DNA from: an uncultured virus (IMG/VR IMGVR_UViG_3300047170_000110)
Taxonomy: Duplodnaviria > Heunggongvirae > Uroviricota > Caudoviricetes
Reading direction: 5' to 3' (one strand)
IMG/VR virus record: IMGVR_UViG_3300047170_000110
Length of the DNA stretch: 45,963 nt
Within the stretch, counting starts at the first letter, position 1; the number at the start of each line of letters is the position of its first letter. The translations under genes and the position numbers were made by a program. Shown piece after piece: positions 36,137 through 45,264 of this stretch. The notes beneath the pieces were generated by a model. The model had not been told where the DNA came from. It saw nothing but the letters and a program-made list of their open reading frames with translations, and ran no database searches.

Positions 36137-39130
36137 ATGACCCAGCCTTTAACATTAGCTACGTCCCGCTATACGCAGCCGGGAAACTACCTCGGGGAGA
36201 TCATCAATCCGGCGAGTTCCAATCTTTCTGCGAATGCGCGCATCCCCGCCATCATCGCGAAGGGTTCCCCGTACGCGGTTGCGACGGACGTGCCGATTCT
36301 TCGCAGCTTCGTCCCCGGACAGACGCTGAACTTTTCGAACACCCCTCCCTTCATCGCTCCTCTCCTTTACCAAGCGAGCGGAAGCCAGCAGCTCCCTAAC
36401 CGGATCTACCTCCAGGACGGAACGCAGCTGCGTCCCGACCAGTGGCAGTATCTGGCGGACGAAAACGGCGATTTCTTCTCCGTGCAGATCACCGATCAGG
36501 TGTTCGATTCGCTCGCGACGTACTCGATGGACTACCAGTCGGTTGATCGCAACGTGCTCGATCAGATCCCCGTCGCCGACATCCGCCAGATCCGCGCGGT
36601 GGGCGACACGGTCGGCCGCGCTCAGTACAAGGAGTACCAGAGCTTCTACGTTCCGATGAGCTTCACGGCCGTCCAGGCGAACGCCCACAACGAGAACGTA
36701 GCCGCGTTCTTCGGTCCGGTTGTTCCCTCGCTTCAGCCCGGTTCTACCGGCGGGATGACGCTGGATGCGGATGCGGAGTTCACCGGCCTCTATTCCCGCG
36801 CCTACACGCTGACCTGCACGAGCGTCAGCGGAAGCGTGGGTTCCCGCATCGCCACCTTCAAGTGGACGGCCTCAAACCTTTCGGGCGGCAACAACCAGCT
36901 TCCTCCCGTCCCGCTCCACTCGACCGACACGGCTCCGACCTTCACGGTCAACGAAACGATCGTCGGCTCCCTGACCCAGACGTTGGAGCTGGGGGTGATC
37001 CTCGACATGAACTTCGGCGGGACGAACTTCGTCGCGGGCGATATGTTCTCGGTCGTGGCGAATGGCGCGAGCCTCGTGGAAGTGGATGCCCGCTATGGCA
37101 ATCCGCAGTACGCGACGATCCAGGCTCCGAACCTGGTCTCCGGGACGCCCAACAATCTGGGCATCACGATCGCTCCGTCGGCGGCTTACACGCATGCGCG
37201 CAACAACCGCTACCGTCTGAAGCTGCTTAGCATCTCGGGCTCTTCCCCGAACCGCGTCCTCAACTTCGTCTGGGCCCGCTACGGCGATGTCCTGGGCAAA
37301 GACGGAGCTTTCACGGTTCAGGAAAACACCCCCTCCACCCTGGTCGCCACCCTGATCGACGGCGTCTCCCTCAACTTTGTGATCGGCACGACGAGCCCGG
37401 TCGCAGGAGCGGAGTGGGACATCATCGCGCAGTCGCCCCGGTTCTACTACGCGGCGAAGGATTCTCGTCAGTACACGTTGACCCTGGCCGCCCCTACGAC
37501 TGCCGGATCGATCACGACTCTTTCGGGAAGCTTCACGACCAACACGACCGAAGGACGTTTCGGCGTCTTCCAGGCCCTCTCGGATTCGTCCGGGGCGGTC
37601 GTGGCGGATGACGGCTACTCGCTGCTCGCGGACAACATCTCGTTCGCCTTCCGCAACGTACCGAGCTTCGCCGCTCTCGATGTCTTCACCTTCGGGGTGC
37701 TCGACAGCGATCTGATCGACTGGTCGCTCGACGTGAATGTCCAGGACCTCCGGGAGATCACGGAGTTCCAGACGGACATGAACGGCCAAATCACCGGAAC
37801 GGCCGGACAAGCCTACGTGACGCTGTCCAACCTTCCTGCCGATCCTTCGGAAGTCCAGGTCCTCAACGCCAACACGCAGGAGCCCCTCTCTTTCAACTTG
37901 GTGCTGAATTCGCCGTACCTGTACTTCACGACGAATCCGAACGTGCCGATCACGATCAACTACACCGCGCAGGCTCCGGCTCCGGATCCCGGCTCGACGT
38001 ACTACATGACGATGCTGTTCCTGCGGCCGTTGGCTACCTACAACGTCCCGTTCCTCGTGCTGTCGCTCACGGCAGGTCGGAGCTTCGCAGCTCCATCCAC
38101 GATCTTGAACGACCTTTACATCGGGGACGAGATCTTGTGGGCCAACAACGCAGTCGGCGCCTACTTGGTCCAGCCGCTCAACGTGGACGGATCGGGTAAC
38201 TACTCGGTCAACGACTACACGACGGCGATCCAAGCCTGCCGGTCCTACCCGCGCATCACGGATCTCTGCCTGCTCAACTTCCCGGGCGCGTTGCCGGTCG
38301 TTCTCGAAGAGAATGTCCTGGCCAACGATCCGTTCGAGAAGCGTCCTAACATCGTCTGGTTCGGACCGGCGATCGGGACTCCGATCGGGGACGTGAACAC
38401 GGAAGGCTCGATGGTCGCGTACGCGCAAAGCACGCTCCAGGTGGCGGGCGCTTCGCCTGCGCACGGAACTCGCGTGATGGTGGGCGCTACCCAAGCCACC
38501 GTCTCGCTGGTGCTCGACACGGGCCAGACGGTCACGGTCACGGTGGACGGCTCCTTCGTCGCGCTCGCGGCGGCGGCCTTGGTGGCAAGCTTCACGGATC
38601 CGGCCACGGACATCCTGAAGCTCCCGGTCAACGGCTTCGCATCCATCCAGGTGTATGGCAACGACCAGATCAGCCTGCTCGGCAACGCGCAGATCCTGTA
38701 CGTCAAGGGCGATGCGACGAACGGCTACACATGGGGAGAAGACTACACGGTCGATCCGACCACGGGCTTCAACCGGATCCAGCTGATGACTCAGCGCATG
38801 TACGTCACCCAAGTCGTGAACAACGACATGGAAGTCCTGATCGGGATCACCCCGGTTTCGGGCTCGGCGGGCCAGGCGCTCATCGCAGGGAACCTGGGAA
38901 CGATTCTCCGGGGCCTCCTGAGCGATGGTCTGATCGGCCAGTACCAGGACGCCAACGGCAACGACCGTCCGTTCGATCCTTCCAAGGATCTGCTGGTCTT
39001 CCAGGATACCGAAGACGACACGCTGTATTACTACAGCTTCGCTTGGTACTCGCGCAACGTCATCAAGCGGCTGTTCGGTCTCTACGCCCTGAACAACAAC
39101 GACTTCTCGACAGGAGTCGCCAGCACCTAA
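36137..39130 (+). CDS. tail sheath protein
   Basis: 997 aa; N-terminal YTQPGNYL; C-terminal 'VDGSFVALAAAALV..F.DPA', 'WGEDYT.D', 'Y.FAWYSRN.IK.L' sheath-like features. Confidence 0.85.
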   Translation: MTQPLTLATSRYTQPGNYLGEIINPASSNLSANARIPAIIAKGSPYAVATDVPILRSFVPGQTLNFSNTPPFIAPLLYQASGSQQLPNRIYLQDGTQLRPDQWQYLADENGDFFSVQITDQVFDSLATYSMDYQSVDRNVLDQIPVADIRQIRAVGDTVGRAQYKEYQSFYVPMSFTAVQANAHNENVAAFFGPVVPSLQPGSTGGMTLDADAEFTGLYSRAYTLTCTSVSGSVGSRIATFKWTASNLSGGNNQLPPVPLHSTDTAPTFTVNETIVGSLTQTLELGVILDMNFGGTNFVAGDMFSVVANGASLVEVDARYGNPQYATIQAPNLVSGTPNNLGITIAPSAAYTHARNNRYRLKLLSISGSSPNRVLNFVWARYGDVLGKDGAFTVQENTPSTLVATLIDGVSLNFVIGTTSPVAGAEWDIIAQSPRFYYAAKDSRQYTLTLAAPTTAGSITTLSGSFTTNTTEGRFGVFQALSDSSGAVVADDGYSLLADNISFAFRNVPSFAALDVFTFGVLDSDLIDWSLDVNVQDLREITEFQTDMNGQITGTAGQAYVTLSNLPADPSEVQVLNANTQEPLSFNLVLNSPYLYFTTNPNVPITINYTAQAPAPDPGSTYYMTMLFLRPLATYNVPFLVLSLTAGRSFAAPSTILNDLYIGDEILWANNAVGAYLVQPLNVDGSGNYSVNDYTTAIQACRSYPRITDLCLLNFPGALPVVLEENVLANDPFEKRPNIVWFGPAIGTPIGDVNTEGSMVAYAQSTLQVAGASPAHGTRVMVGATQATVSLVLDTGQTVTVTVDGSFVALAAAALVASFTDPATDILKLPVNGFASIQVYGNDQISLLGNAQILYVKGDATNGYTWGEDYTVDPTTGFNRIQLMTQRMYVTQVVNNDMEVLIGITPVSGSAGQALIAGNLGTILRGLLSDGLIGQYQDANGNDRPFDPSKDLLVFQDTEDDTLYYYSFAWYSRNVIKRLFGLYALNNNDFSTGVAST

Positions 39131-39137
39131 CGGCTTA

Positions 39138-39182
39138 GCTCGGGGTGGGACATTCCGGTAACGGACCCCACCCCGGCTCTTC
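39138..39182 (+). terminator. hairpin after sheath gene
   Basis: CGGGGTGGG..CCCACCCCG followed by CTCTT. Confidence 0.55.
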
Positions 39183-39191
39183 AACCCAAGG

Positions 39192-39497
39192 ATGGGTGTA
39201 GTCCCCATGAAGCTCCTCGAAGAAGGAGATCTGGTCGAAGTTACAGCTTCCAAATCGGGATATCGCGGCCCAGGACAGCTAATCGGAATCGCATACGGGA
39301 CCCACTGGTTAGTGAAAGTCCCCCGGGACGACGGACGCAACACCGTCATCACGGTCAATGCGATGCACTTGAACAAAACATCATCCGCTTCGGTCAAAGA
39401 TCCGAAAAAGAAAAACCCCCACTACGATCCGAAGGAAGCTTTCGACGAAACCGAAGAAATGCTCCCGCAGAAGCGCGGCAAGGGACGACGCGGCTAG
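39192..39497 (+). CDS. SH3/KOW-like small protein
   Basis: EEGDLVEVT..GYRGPG.LIG...HWLVKV pattern. Confidence 0.5.
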   Translation: MGVVPMKLLEEGDLVEVTASKSGYRGPGQLIGIAYGTHWLVKVPRDDGRNTVITVNAMHLNKTSSASVKDPKKKNPHYDPKEAFDETEEMLPQKRGKGRRG

Positions 39498-39694
39498 TAG
39501 CCTGCGGCTTTGAGGTCGGCGATCAACTGGGCGTCGATTTCCTCCGCCCGGCGCTTCAAATAGGCTTCCGACTCAATCCGAAAAATTTCATCCAAAAGAT
39601 CGCCCGGCGGGAGATCCTCCAGGTCAGCATCCGTGACCGGAATGCCATTGATTGGGACTTGAAGCGGGACTTTGAAGTAAATTTCTTCGGCCAT
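39494..39694 (-). CDS. small acidic hypothetical protein
   Basis: AAGGA RBS; convergent TAG/TAG overlap. Confidence 0.55.
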   Translation of the reverse strand: MAEEIYFKVPLQVPINGIPVTDADLEDLPPGDLLDEIFRIESEAYLKRRAEEIDAQLIADLKAAGY

Positions 39695-39806
39695 ACGGTT
39701 CCTTTACCAGAGCCTTTCAGAGACCTCACACAAACTTAGTGTAACTGCCTGGAATAAAAGCGCTCCTATTTGTGTCACGTCTTGTATCAGGTGCCGCCCG
39801 TTTGTG

Positions 39807-40352
39807 TCACGGGAGGAAGAAGTGATTGTGCCCGGGGAGGACGGGGGCGCAATCCAAGTGGATCCAGTCGCTCCCAGGCCGGTTCTCCATGCGGAGCCCT
39901 CGGGCGGGAAGCTCGGGCACCAAGCGGGCCCGGATCTTATCACATCCTGCGCCGCCTTCGAATCCCACGACCTCGAAGTCCATCGCCGCGACCATCGCCT
40001 CGGGAGCGAGAGGCATGCCGGATGCGTCCACGAGCGCCATGTGCGAGGAGTTCCGCGCACCGCCGACGAGCGCATTGTACCCGCGCGGGCGCCAACAGAC
40101 GTGACGGGGAACCACGCAGATCGCGCCGTAATCGTCTCGGATCACGTCCATCTTCTCGCGAAGGAACCAACCCACGCGCGCCAGCACCGTGAGCGTTAAG
40201 CCGTCCTGTGGACCGGCCATCCTCCCCCAGGAGGGGAGGTAAAGCGCCTCACGAAACGAAAAGTGCCGTGAAATCATCCATGTAGGATCTATTTTCGTCA
40301 GATCGACGGTGGAAAGATCCATGAGAGGCGGGACGGGGGCGAGGATGGTCAT
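39807..40352 (-). CDS. peptidase M15-family endolysin-like protein
   Basis: SRHFSFRE, WRP..YNALVGGARNSSHM, AMDF, WIHLD; late motif at about 40378-40387. Confidence 0.85.
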   Translation of the reverse strand: MTILAPVPPLMDLSTVDLTKIDPTWMISRHFSFREALYLPSWGRMAGPQDGLTLTVLARVGWFLREKMDVIRDDYGAICVVPRHVCWRPRGYNALVGGARNSSHMALVDASGMPLAPEAMVAAMDFEVVGFEGGAGCDKIRARLVPELPARGLRMENRPGSDWIHLDCAPVLPGHNHFFLP

Positions 40353-40445
40353 GAATGCAGCTCCCTTCGGTTGATTCAAAAATAACGCGAATTAGTAAAA
40401 ATCCTAGGTCAACCAAAGTTCAAAAATTTTAAGGGAGCCAATTTC

Positions 40446-41117
40446 ATGAGTAAGCTCAGTCTCGATACGCTGTTGGATAACAACCAACCGATCTACGTTC
40501 AAAACAACGCGCTCAAGGCGCAACTTCTTCTGATTATCCAGATGAAGGACAAGCACGGAAAGAACGACTCGCTCAAACTTCCTCCCGTGGATCTTCCGGT
40601 CAACATCTCCGAACAATTCTCCCGCGACTCGATCCGCGAGAGCACGGATTTGAAAAAAGTCCTCCACAACGGCACCGTCATTCTAGTCGATCCGGTAGTG
40701 GCCGCGAAGCGTCTGGCCACCAAGGAAGCTCGCGAGCAGCAGAAAGCCCTCTCGCTTTCCGTGTACGCGGACGCGGCCCCGAGCAACACGGTTCGCGACA
40801 CGATGGAGCGCTTGACGAAAAAGAACTCCAACTCGACCGTCGTCAATTCGGCCGACGTGCTGAAGAAGGGCACGCTCCCGAACGATCAGGTCAGCCTGAA
40901 GATCCGTGGCGTGATTGCTTCGTTCGAGTCCAAGGAGAAGACCTCCAAGGATACGCTCGCCAAGCTGAAGCAGATGAAGCCCGCGTTGACGGAAGCGGAT
41001 CTGACTTTCGTGATCGGCCAGTGCCGTTCGGAAGTGACGATTCGCGAGTTCGCCGAACAAGCGCTCGCCGAATTGCAGGCGAAACCCGAAGCTCCCTTCG
41101 AAGAAGAAAACGCCTAA
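40446..41117 (+). CDS. hypothetical late/virion protein
   Basis: 223 aa, AAGGGAG RBS, TTAGTAAAA at 40392-40400. Confidence 0.65.
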   Translation: MSKLSLDTLLDNNQPIYVQNNALKAQLLLIIQMKDKHGKNDSLKLPPVDLPVNISEQFSRDSIRESTDLKKVLHNGTVILVDPVVAAKRLATKEAREQQKALSLSVYADAAPSNTVRDTMERLTKKNSNSTVVNSADVLKKGTLPNDQVSLKIRGVIASFESKEKTSKDTLAKLKQMKPALTEADLTFVIGQCRSEVTIREFAEQALAELQAKPEAPFEEENA

Positions 41118-41213
41118 GCGGCCAAACCGGGGTTAATTTTAAGGTGGGGGGAAGTCAAGGATTCGACGCCCGGTCCCAAGGAAGGGACACCCATCTAACC
41201 CCCGATTTCCCAT

Positions 41214-42803
41214 ATGTCGAACGAAACCCCGATCCAACAAGCCAGCCGAGAAGCACGCCTGGCGTATCAGGATCGACAGGGTAAGACCGGTGCGTTCGAA
41301 GCGTCGGTCGTTTCGGTCCAAGGCTCCAACGACTCGATGAGCCTGGCCTTCGGGCCCACTCCTTCCCGTTCCATGCCTATCCAGCATCCCTTCACCGGGA
41401 CGACGAGCTGGATCCGGTCGGTCCCCGAGACCGGCAGCAAATACCTTCTCCAAAACCGATTCGATACCGGCCAGCCCGAAGCGCTCAAGACCCTCCCGGT
41501 CATCCCCGGGCAGCGTTCCCAGGACTACCTGTCGGGTTTCAATCTCTACCGGACCCTGGACGCGGGCGAGCACGACATGGTCTCCTCGGGCGCGGCGGCG
41601 GCCTTCTGGGGCAAACGCGGCCATCTGGATCTGCGCTCCGGCGCCAACATCAAAGCCCAGCTCTCGCGCGACGGTCAGCACTCCCTCTTGGCCGCGCCCA
41701 CCCACAAGCGCCACCTGCTCTCTCAGACCGTAGGCACGATGGGAGACGAAGAGCGTCTGGGGATCGTCAAACGGTGGACGACCGCCGTCGATGAAGTCTA
41801 TCCGCAGGACGCTAATCAGAAATTCCAAGCGGAACACTACCTTCAGCTCGTCAATCCGGCCGGATCCGCCCCCGCCGTTCTCTTGCGGCACGTGGACGGA
41901 CAAGTCTATGGCGACGACGGGACGCTCAGCAAGCACTTCACTACCGCCCTCCCGCTCCGCTCGCAACGCTTCTGGTATACGACGACGGACGATTTCGTCC
42001 GCCAGGAGATCGACGAAAACGGAAACATGCTGACGATCCTCCCCACGACCGCAACGGTCGGGCACGAGCTGATGATCCCGCAAGGGAACTTCCGCCTCGA
42101 TGTCGGAGTGGATCGAGACGTGACGATCGGAGGCGACGACAAAGCGAACATCTCAGGCAACCTGGCCTCAACCGTCCAGGGCACGATGAGCTATACGGTT
42201 ACGGAAAGTGTCAACGTGACGGCGGGCGGGAACGCGCTCACAATGGACGTGACGGAGGGCCAGGAGACGGTCGGGTTGGTCAATGCCCAGCTCTTGGGCT
42301 TCCAAGCGGAGAACACGTCGGACGGCGGCCTCACGACCATCTTCGGGCCATCCAATTCCGGAATCTACCTGAACGGCAAAGGCTACATCCAAGTTTCGGA
42401 CGGAGCGGGGGGTGGCGCGACCTACACGGGTGATGCGGTCACCCAGTTCACGAGCGGCGGGGCGTTGCTGGCGCTAGGGGATACGACGCTCCTCTCGGGT
42501 ACTTCCGGAGCCGACTACGTTTCGATCGAAGACCAATTGGTTCAGATCTGCTCGGGCAACACGATCACCATGACCGCTCAGGTTTTCAACGTGAATGGCG
42601 GGACGATCTTCTTGGGTGCAAACGCCATCCAACCGGCGGTCCTGGGATTGACCGCGATGGCCTGGCTCGACACCCATGTGCATTCCATCACCACGCCGGT
42701 GCCGGGAAGCCCTACGACTCCGCCCCTCATCCCTACGGCGACTTTCATCGGAACCCCCGCGAGCCTCTACTCGCTCGCTGCCTTCTTCGCTCCGAACATA
42801 TGA
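41214..42803 (+). CDS. baseplate central spike (gp5/gpV-like)
   Basis: N-terminal OB-like 'WIRSVPETGS'; beta-helix 'V.IGGD....ISGN....V.G'; apex motif WLDTHVH..PGSPTTPP. Confidence 0.8.
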   Translation: MSNETPIQQASREARLAYQDRQGKTGAFEASVVSVQGSNDSMSLAFGPTPSRSMPIQHPFTGTTSWIRSVPETGSKYLLQNRFDTGQPEALKTLPVIPGQRSQDYLSGFNLYRTLDAGEHDMVSSGAAAAFWGKRGHLDLRSGANIKAQLSRDGQHSLLAAPTHKRHLLSQTVGTMGDEERLGIVKRWTTAVDEVYPQDANQKFQAEHYLQLVNPAGSAPAVLLRHVDGQVYGDDGTLSKHFTTALPLRSQRFWYTTTDDFVRQEIDENGNMLTILPTTATVGHELMIPQGNFRLDVGVDRDVTIGGDDKANISGNLASTVQGTMSYTVTESVNVTAGGNALTMDVTEGQETVGLVNAQLLGFQAENTSDGGLTTIFGPSNSGIYLNGKGYIQVSDGAGGGATYTGDAVTQFTSGGALLALGDTTLLSGTSGADYVSIEDQLVQICSGNTITMTAQVFNVNGGTIFLGANAIQPAVLGLTAMAWLDTHVHSITTPVPGSPTTPPLIPTATFIGTPASLYSLAAFFAPNI

Positions 42804-42816
42804 TTATTTTTAAGAT

Positions 42817-43233
42817 ATGAAACGCTACCCGGCCCTCTCGCAGGTCCTCGGTTCGAATTGGAAGTCCGACTGGAAGGGCAACTACAATTACATGAACCAT
42901 TTGGAGCGCCAGCTGAGTCAAGTGCATGCGCTCATCAAGGCGATCTATCCGGAAGCGGTTTGCGGGAAGGAATCCGTTTCCTTGGGCTCCATCCACTTCA
43001 AGCCCATGGAAGAACGCTTTTCTCACGGTCTAGTCGGCATCCAAGTCCAGCTGCCCGGCTCAACGACCAGCAAAACGCTACTGCGCAAGATCAAGCTCCT
43101 TCAAGGCAAGATCGACGAGGCCATGCTGAAAGCCAAGGTCGAGGAACTGAAAAGTTTAGGCGAGATGCAGGCCCTTATGGATTCCCCAGCTGAGCCTCCC
43201 GTTCCACCGCCCGCTGGAGGGACTCCGCGCTAA
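42817..43233 (+). CDS. hypothetical late protein (MKRYPALSQVLG...)
   Basis: GATTATTTTT motif 13 nt before ATG. Confidence 0.65.
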   Translation: MKRYPALSQVLGSNWKSDWKGNYNYMNHLERQLSQVHALIKAIYPEAVCGKESVSLGSIHFKPMEERFSHGLVGIQVQLPGSTTSKTLLRKIKLLQGKIDEAMLKAKVEELKSLGEMQALMDSPAEPPVPPPAGGTPR

Positions 43234-43475
43234 CCGTGCTTCGCCGTCCCATGCATCTCTAGCGGGTGTTCGATTTCAACCTTTCGCATCTCATGCGCAA
43301 GGATGCTTACGTGAAGCTTCTCCGTCGGGTTGACTGCGACCTTCAAAGAGATTTTGCTGGAGAGTTCCAGAACCAGCGTGCTGCCCTTCAGCGTGACCTG
43401 CTGGATCGTCCTCCCTTGTAAATCCGAGAATCCCCATTTCTCGTTCTCCCCCTTATTGATGACCTTCTTGCCCAT
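43230..43475 (-). CDS. hypothetical protein
   Basis: GGGGGA RBS before ATG 43475. Confidence 0.55.
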   Translation of the reverse strand: MGKKVINKGENEKWGFSDLQGRTIQQVTLKGSTLVLELSSKISLKVAVNPTEKLHVSILAHEMRKVEIEHPLEMHGTAKHG

Positions 43476-43538
43476 GTGCTTTCCCCCGTTTGTTAATTTG
43501 GATGAATCGCATGTAGCTAAAAAGGATTCTGAACGCAA

Positions 43539-43567
43539 TTGACTTTATGCGGGGCCTCAAATAAAAG
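43539..43567 (+). promoter_or_regulatory. sigma70-like promoter
   Basis: TTGACT-N17-TAAAAG upstream of right-end gene run. Confidence 0.45.
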
Positions 43568-43624
43568 GATCGCACTCTCAATAGAGTAAAACCAAACCGG
43601 GTGCCATACCCTTTAGGAGTCCCC

Positions 43625-44026
43625 ATGTCACAGATCCCTCCAGCCCTCCCCAATGCTAGTCTTGATGTCCGTTGTGAGGACGCGGCCCTTTACAACCAAG
43701 CCCATGAACTGGAGGGTTGCGTGAAAGTCACGATTCACTTGCTTCGCGTCTCCACGCGCATGAAGCAGGAAGGGACCGTGCGGCTTCAATGGAAAGATGT
43801 TTTCGGTACGATCCATCGGCCGGAAAAAGAGGCCCACTTCGATTACCTAGACCAGATCCCCTATAAAGTCCGCGATCTGCTGAAAGAGACTGGGCTCAAG
43901 TACGACATCACTCCGGAGCCCGAGACCCCCTCCGTGCTGGTCAGTACCGGGTTCAAGAGGAGCAAAGCTTTTTACGGCCGTCTGATTGAAAACCTCAAGG
44001 GCTACGGGATCCCCTCGCAGCCCTAA
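43625..44026 (+). CDS. hypothetical protein
   Basis: AGGAG RBS before ATG 43625. Confidence 0.6.
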   Translation: MSQIPPALPNASLDVRCEDAALYNQAHELEGCVKVTIHLLRVSTRMKQEGTVRLQWKDVFGTIHRPEKEAHFDYLDQIPYKVRDLLKETGLKYDITPEPETPSVLVSTGFKRSKAFYGRLIENLKGYGIPSQP

Positions 44027-44036
44027 GAAAGAACCC

Positions 44037-44459
44037 ATGGAACAAGAAGAAAAAACTACCCCAGAGCGCCCGGCCTTGAACATCGTCCCGCTGAAAGCGG
44101 AGGATCAGCAAAAATTTCCCCAGCACGATCTTCAGCTGATGGGTAAGCGGCTGCAACTCGACGTGAGCGCGCTGATCGACGGCTATCATATCCAGTATTA
44201 CTCGGAGGTGGAGATCGAGATGCCTCCGGAGATCCAGGCTTTGACTGGACGTAAGGGAGCGAAGAAGGTCAATAGCGTGGTCTCAAGCCGACTCGTCTTC
44301 GGTCGTTGGTATGACCCGTTTATCGGGATGACCCTGGATAAGCGTTTGGTCTTGGGGATTGAGAAAATGAAACAGGACTTGAGGCAGGTGGAGGCGAACC
44401 ATAACCGCCTGTGCGAGACTCTGAAGATCTCCTCGAAAGAGCCCACCCCACCCGCATGA
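44037..44459 (+). CDS. hypothetical protein
   Basis: ATG 44037 just after upstream stop. Confidence 0.6.
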   Translation: MEQEEKTTPERPALNIVPLKAEDQQKFPQHDLQLMGKRLQLDVSALIDGYHIQYYSEVEIEMPPEIQALTGRKGAKKVNSVVSSRLVFGRWYDPFIGMTLDKRLVLGIEKMKQDLRQVEANHNRLCETLKISSKEPTPPA

Positions 44460-44526
44460 GTAAAAAGAACCTCCAGATAGTCCGCGTAACCCAAACGGTC
44501 GATTACGTTCTTGCCGAGTCAACGGC

Positions 44527-44877
44527 ATGATTGAGCCAAGCGTTTACCCTTTTGGGGCACCCTATAAGCTTGAGGGCGAACAGTGGGAGTCGTGGAGTCG
44601 AATTCGAGGTGTTCGCAAGGATGGGTTTCGATGTCAGTTGTGTCAGCACGAATTCAAAGAGGGTGATTTTATGACGGCAACATTTTCAAACGTATCGCCT
44701 CATCGTGGCGGAAATCCTCTTACGTGCGGAAGCTGCGCGACCATTTCTTACGAGGACAGATTGCGCATTTGGGATCGGCTGGGCGAGCCGAGAACAATTG
44801 AAAGCGTTTGCTTAGAGCTGGGTATTGAACACATGCCGACACAGACCACGAGTCAGGGGAGTAAAGATGTCGATTGA
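44527..44877 (+). CDS. Zn-finger hypothetical protein
   Basis: CQLC..CGSC. Confidence 0.55.
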   Translation: MIEPSVYPFGAPYKLEGEQWESWSRIRGVRKDGFRCQLCQHEFKEGDFMTATFSNVSPHRGGNPLTCGSCATISYEDRLRIWDRLGEPRTIESVCLELGIEHMPTQTTSQGSKDVD

Positions 44878-45247
44878 AACGCATGACCATTTTCGAGTGA
44901 TAGAAAAGCGAATCAATGAGGTCATGTCCACGCGGGCTGAGCATGTTGAAAAGTTTTGCGCGGCATTTTTCAAGCAGGTTGGAAGCCATGAAGCGAGCCA
45001 GTATGCCCTAGTTGAGCGGCACGAAAAGACATTCGACGGGTTCAAATTCACATGGACATTCGAGAAGCGCACTCCTGAAGAGACTGCGCCATTAAAACGC
45101 CCCAGCGGATGCTCTTGCGCGAAATGCGGCGCTTACATCCCAGACGGCTCCACGTTTTCAAAAGATGAGTTCGGAAGCCCGGTCCATACCGGGTGCAGGC
45201 CCGTAAAGTATGAGCGCGAAAAGGGCGTTGATGACCCACGCAAATAG
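44867..45247 (+). CDS. Zn-finger hypothetical protein
   Basis: GGGGAG RBS; CAKC..HTGC. Confidence 0.55.
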   Translation: MSIETHDHFRVIEKRINEVMSTRAEHVEKFCAAFFKQVGSHEASQYALVERHEKTFDGFKFTWTFEKRTPEETAPLKRPSGCSCAKCGAYIPDGSTFSKDEFGSPVHTGCRPVKYEREKGVDDPRK

Positions 45248-45264
45248 ACCATAAGGACGAAACT

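Noticed and set aside
3717..39397. Long antisense ORFs (3717-5462, 7326-8522, 16035-17750, 19536-20927, 29449-31125, 36872-39397)
   Set aside because: Shadows of high-GC3 genes on the opposite strand; no motifs or RBS.
41146..41175. tmRNA-like 5' end (GGGGGAAGTCAAGGATTCGAC)
   Set aside because: No matching T arm and CCA end found nearby; flanked by coding sequence; local hairpin pairing explains the G-run.
1408..42803. Chromosomal contractile injection system or tailocin
   Set aside because: Capsid-like, scaffold-like, tRNA and homing endonuclease genes with dispersed organisation indicate a phage genome.
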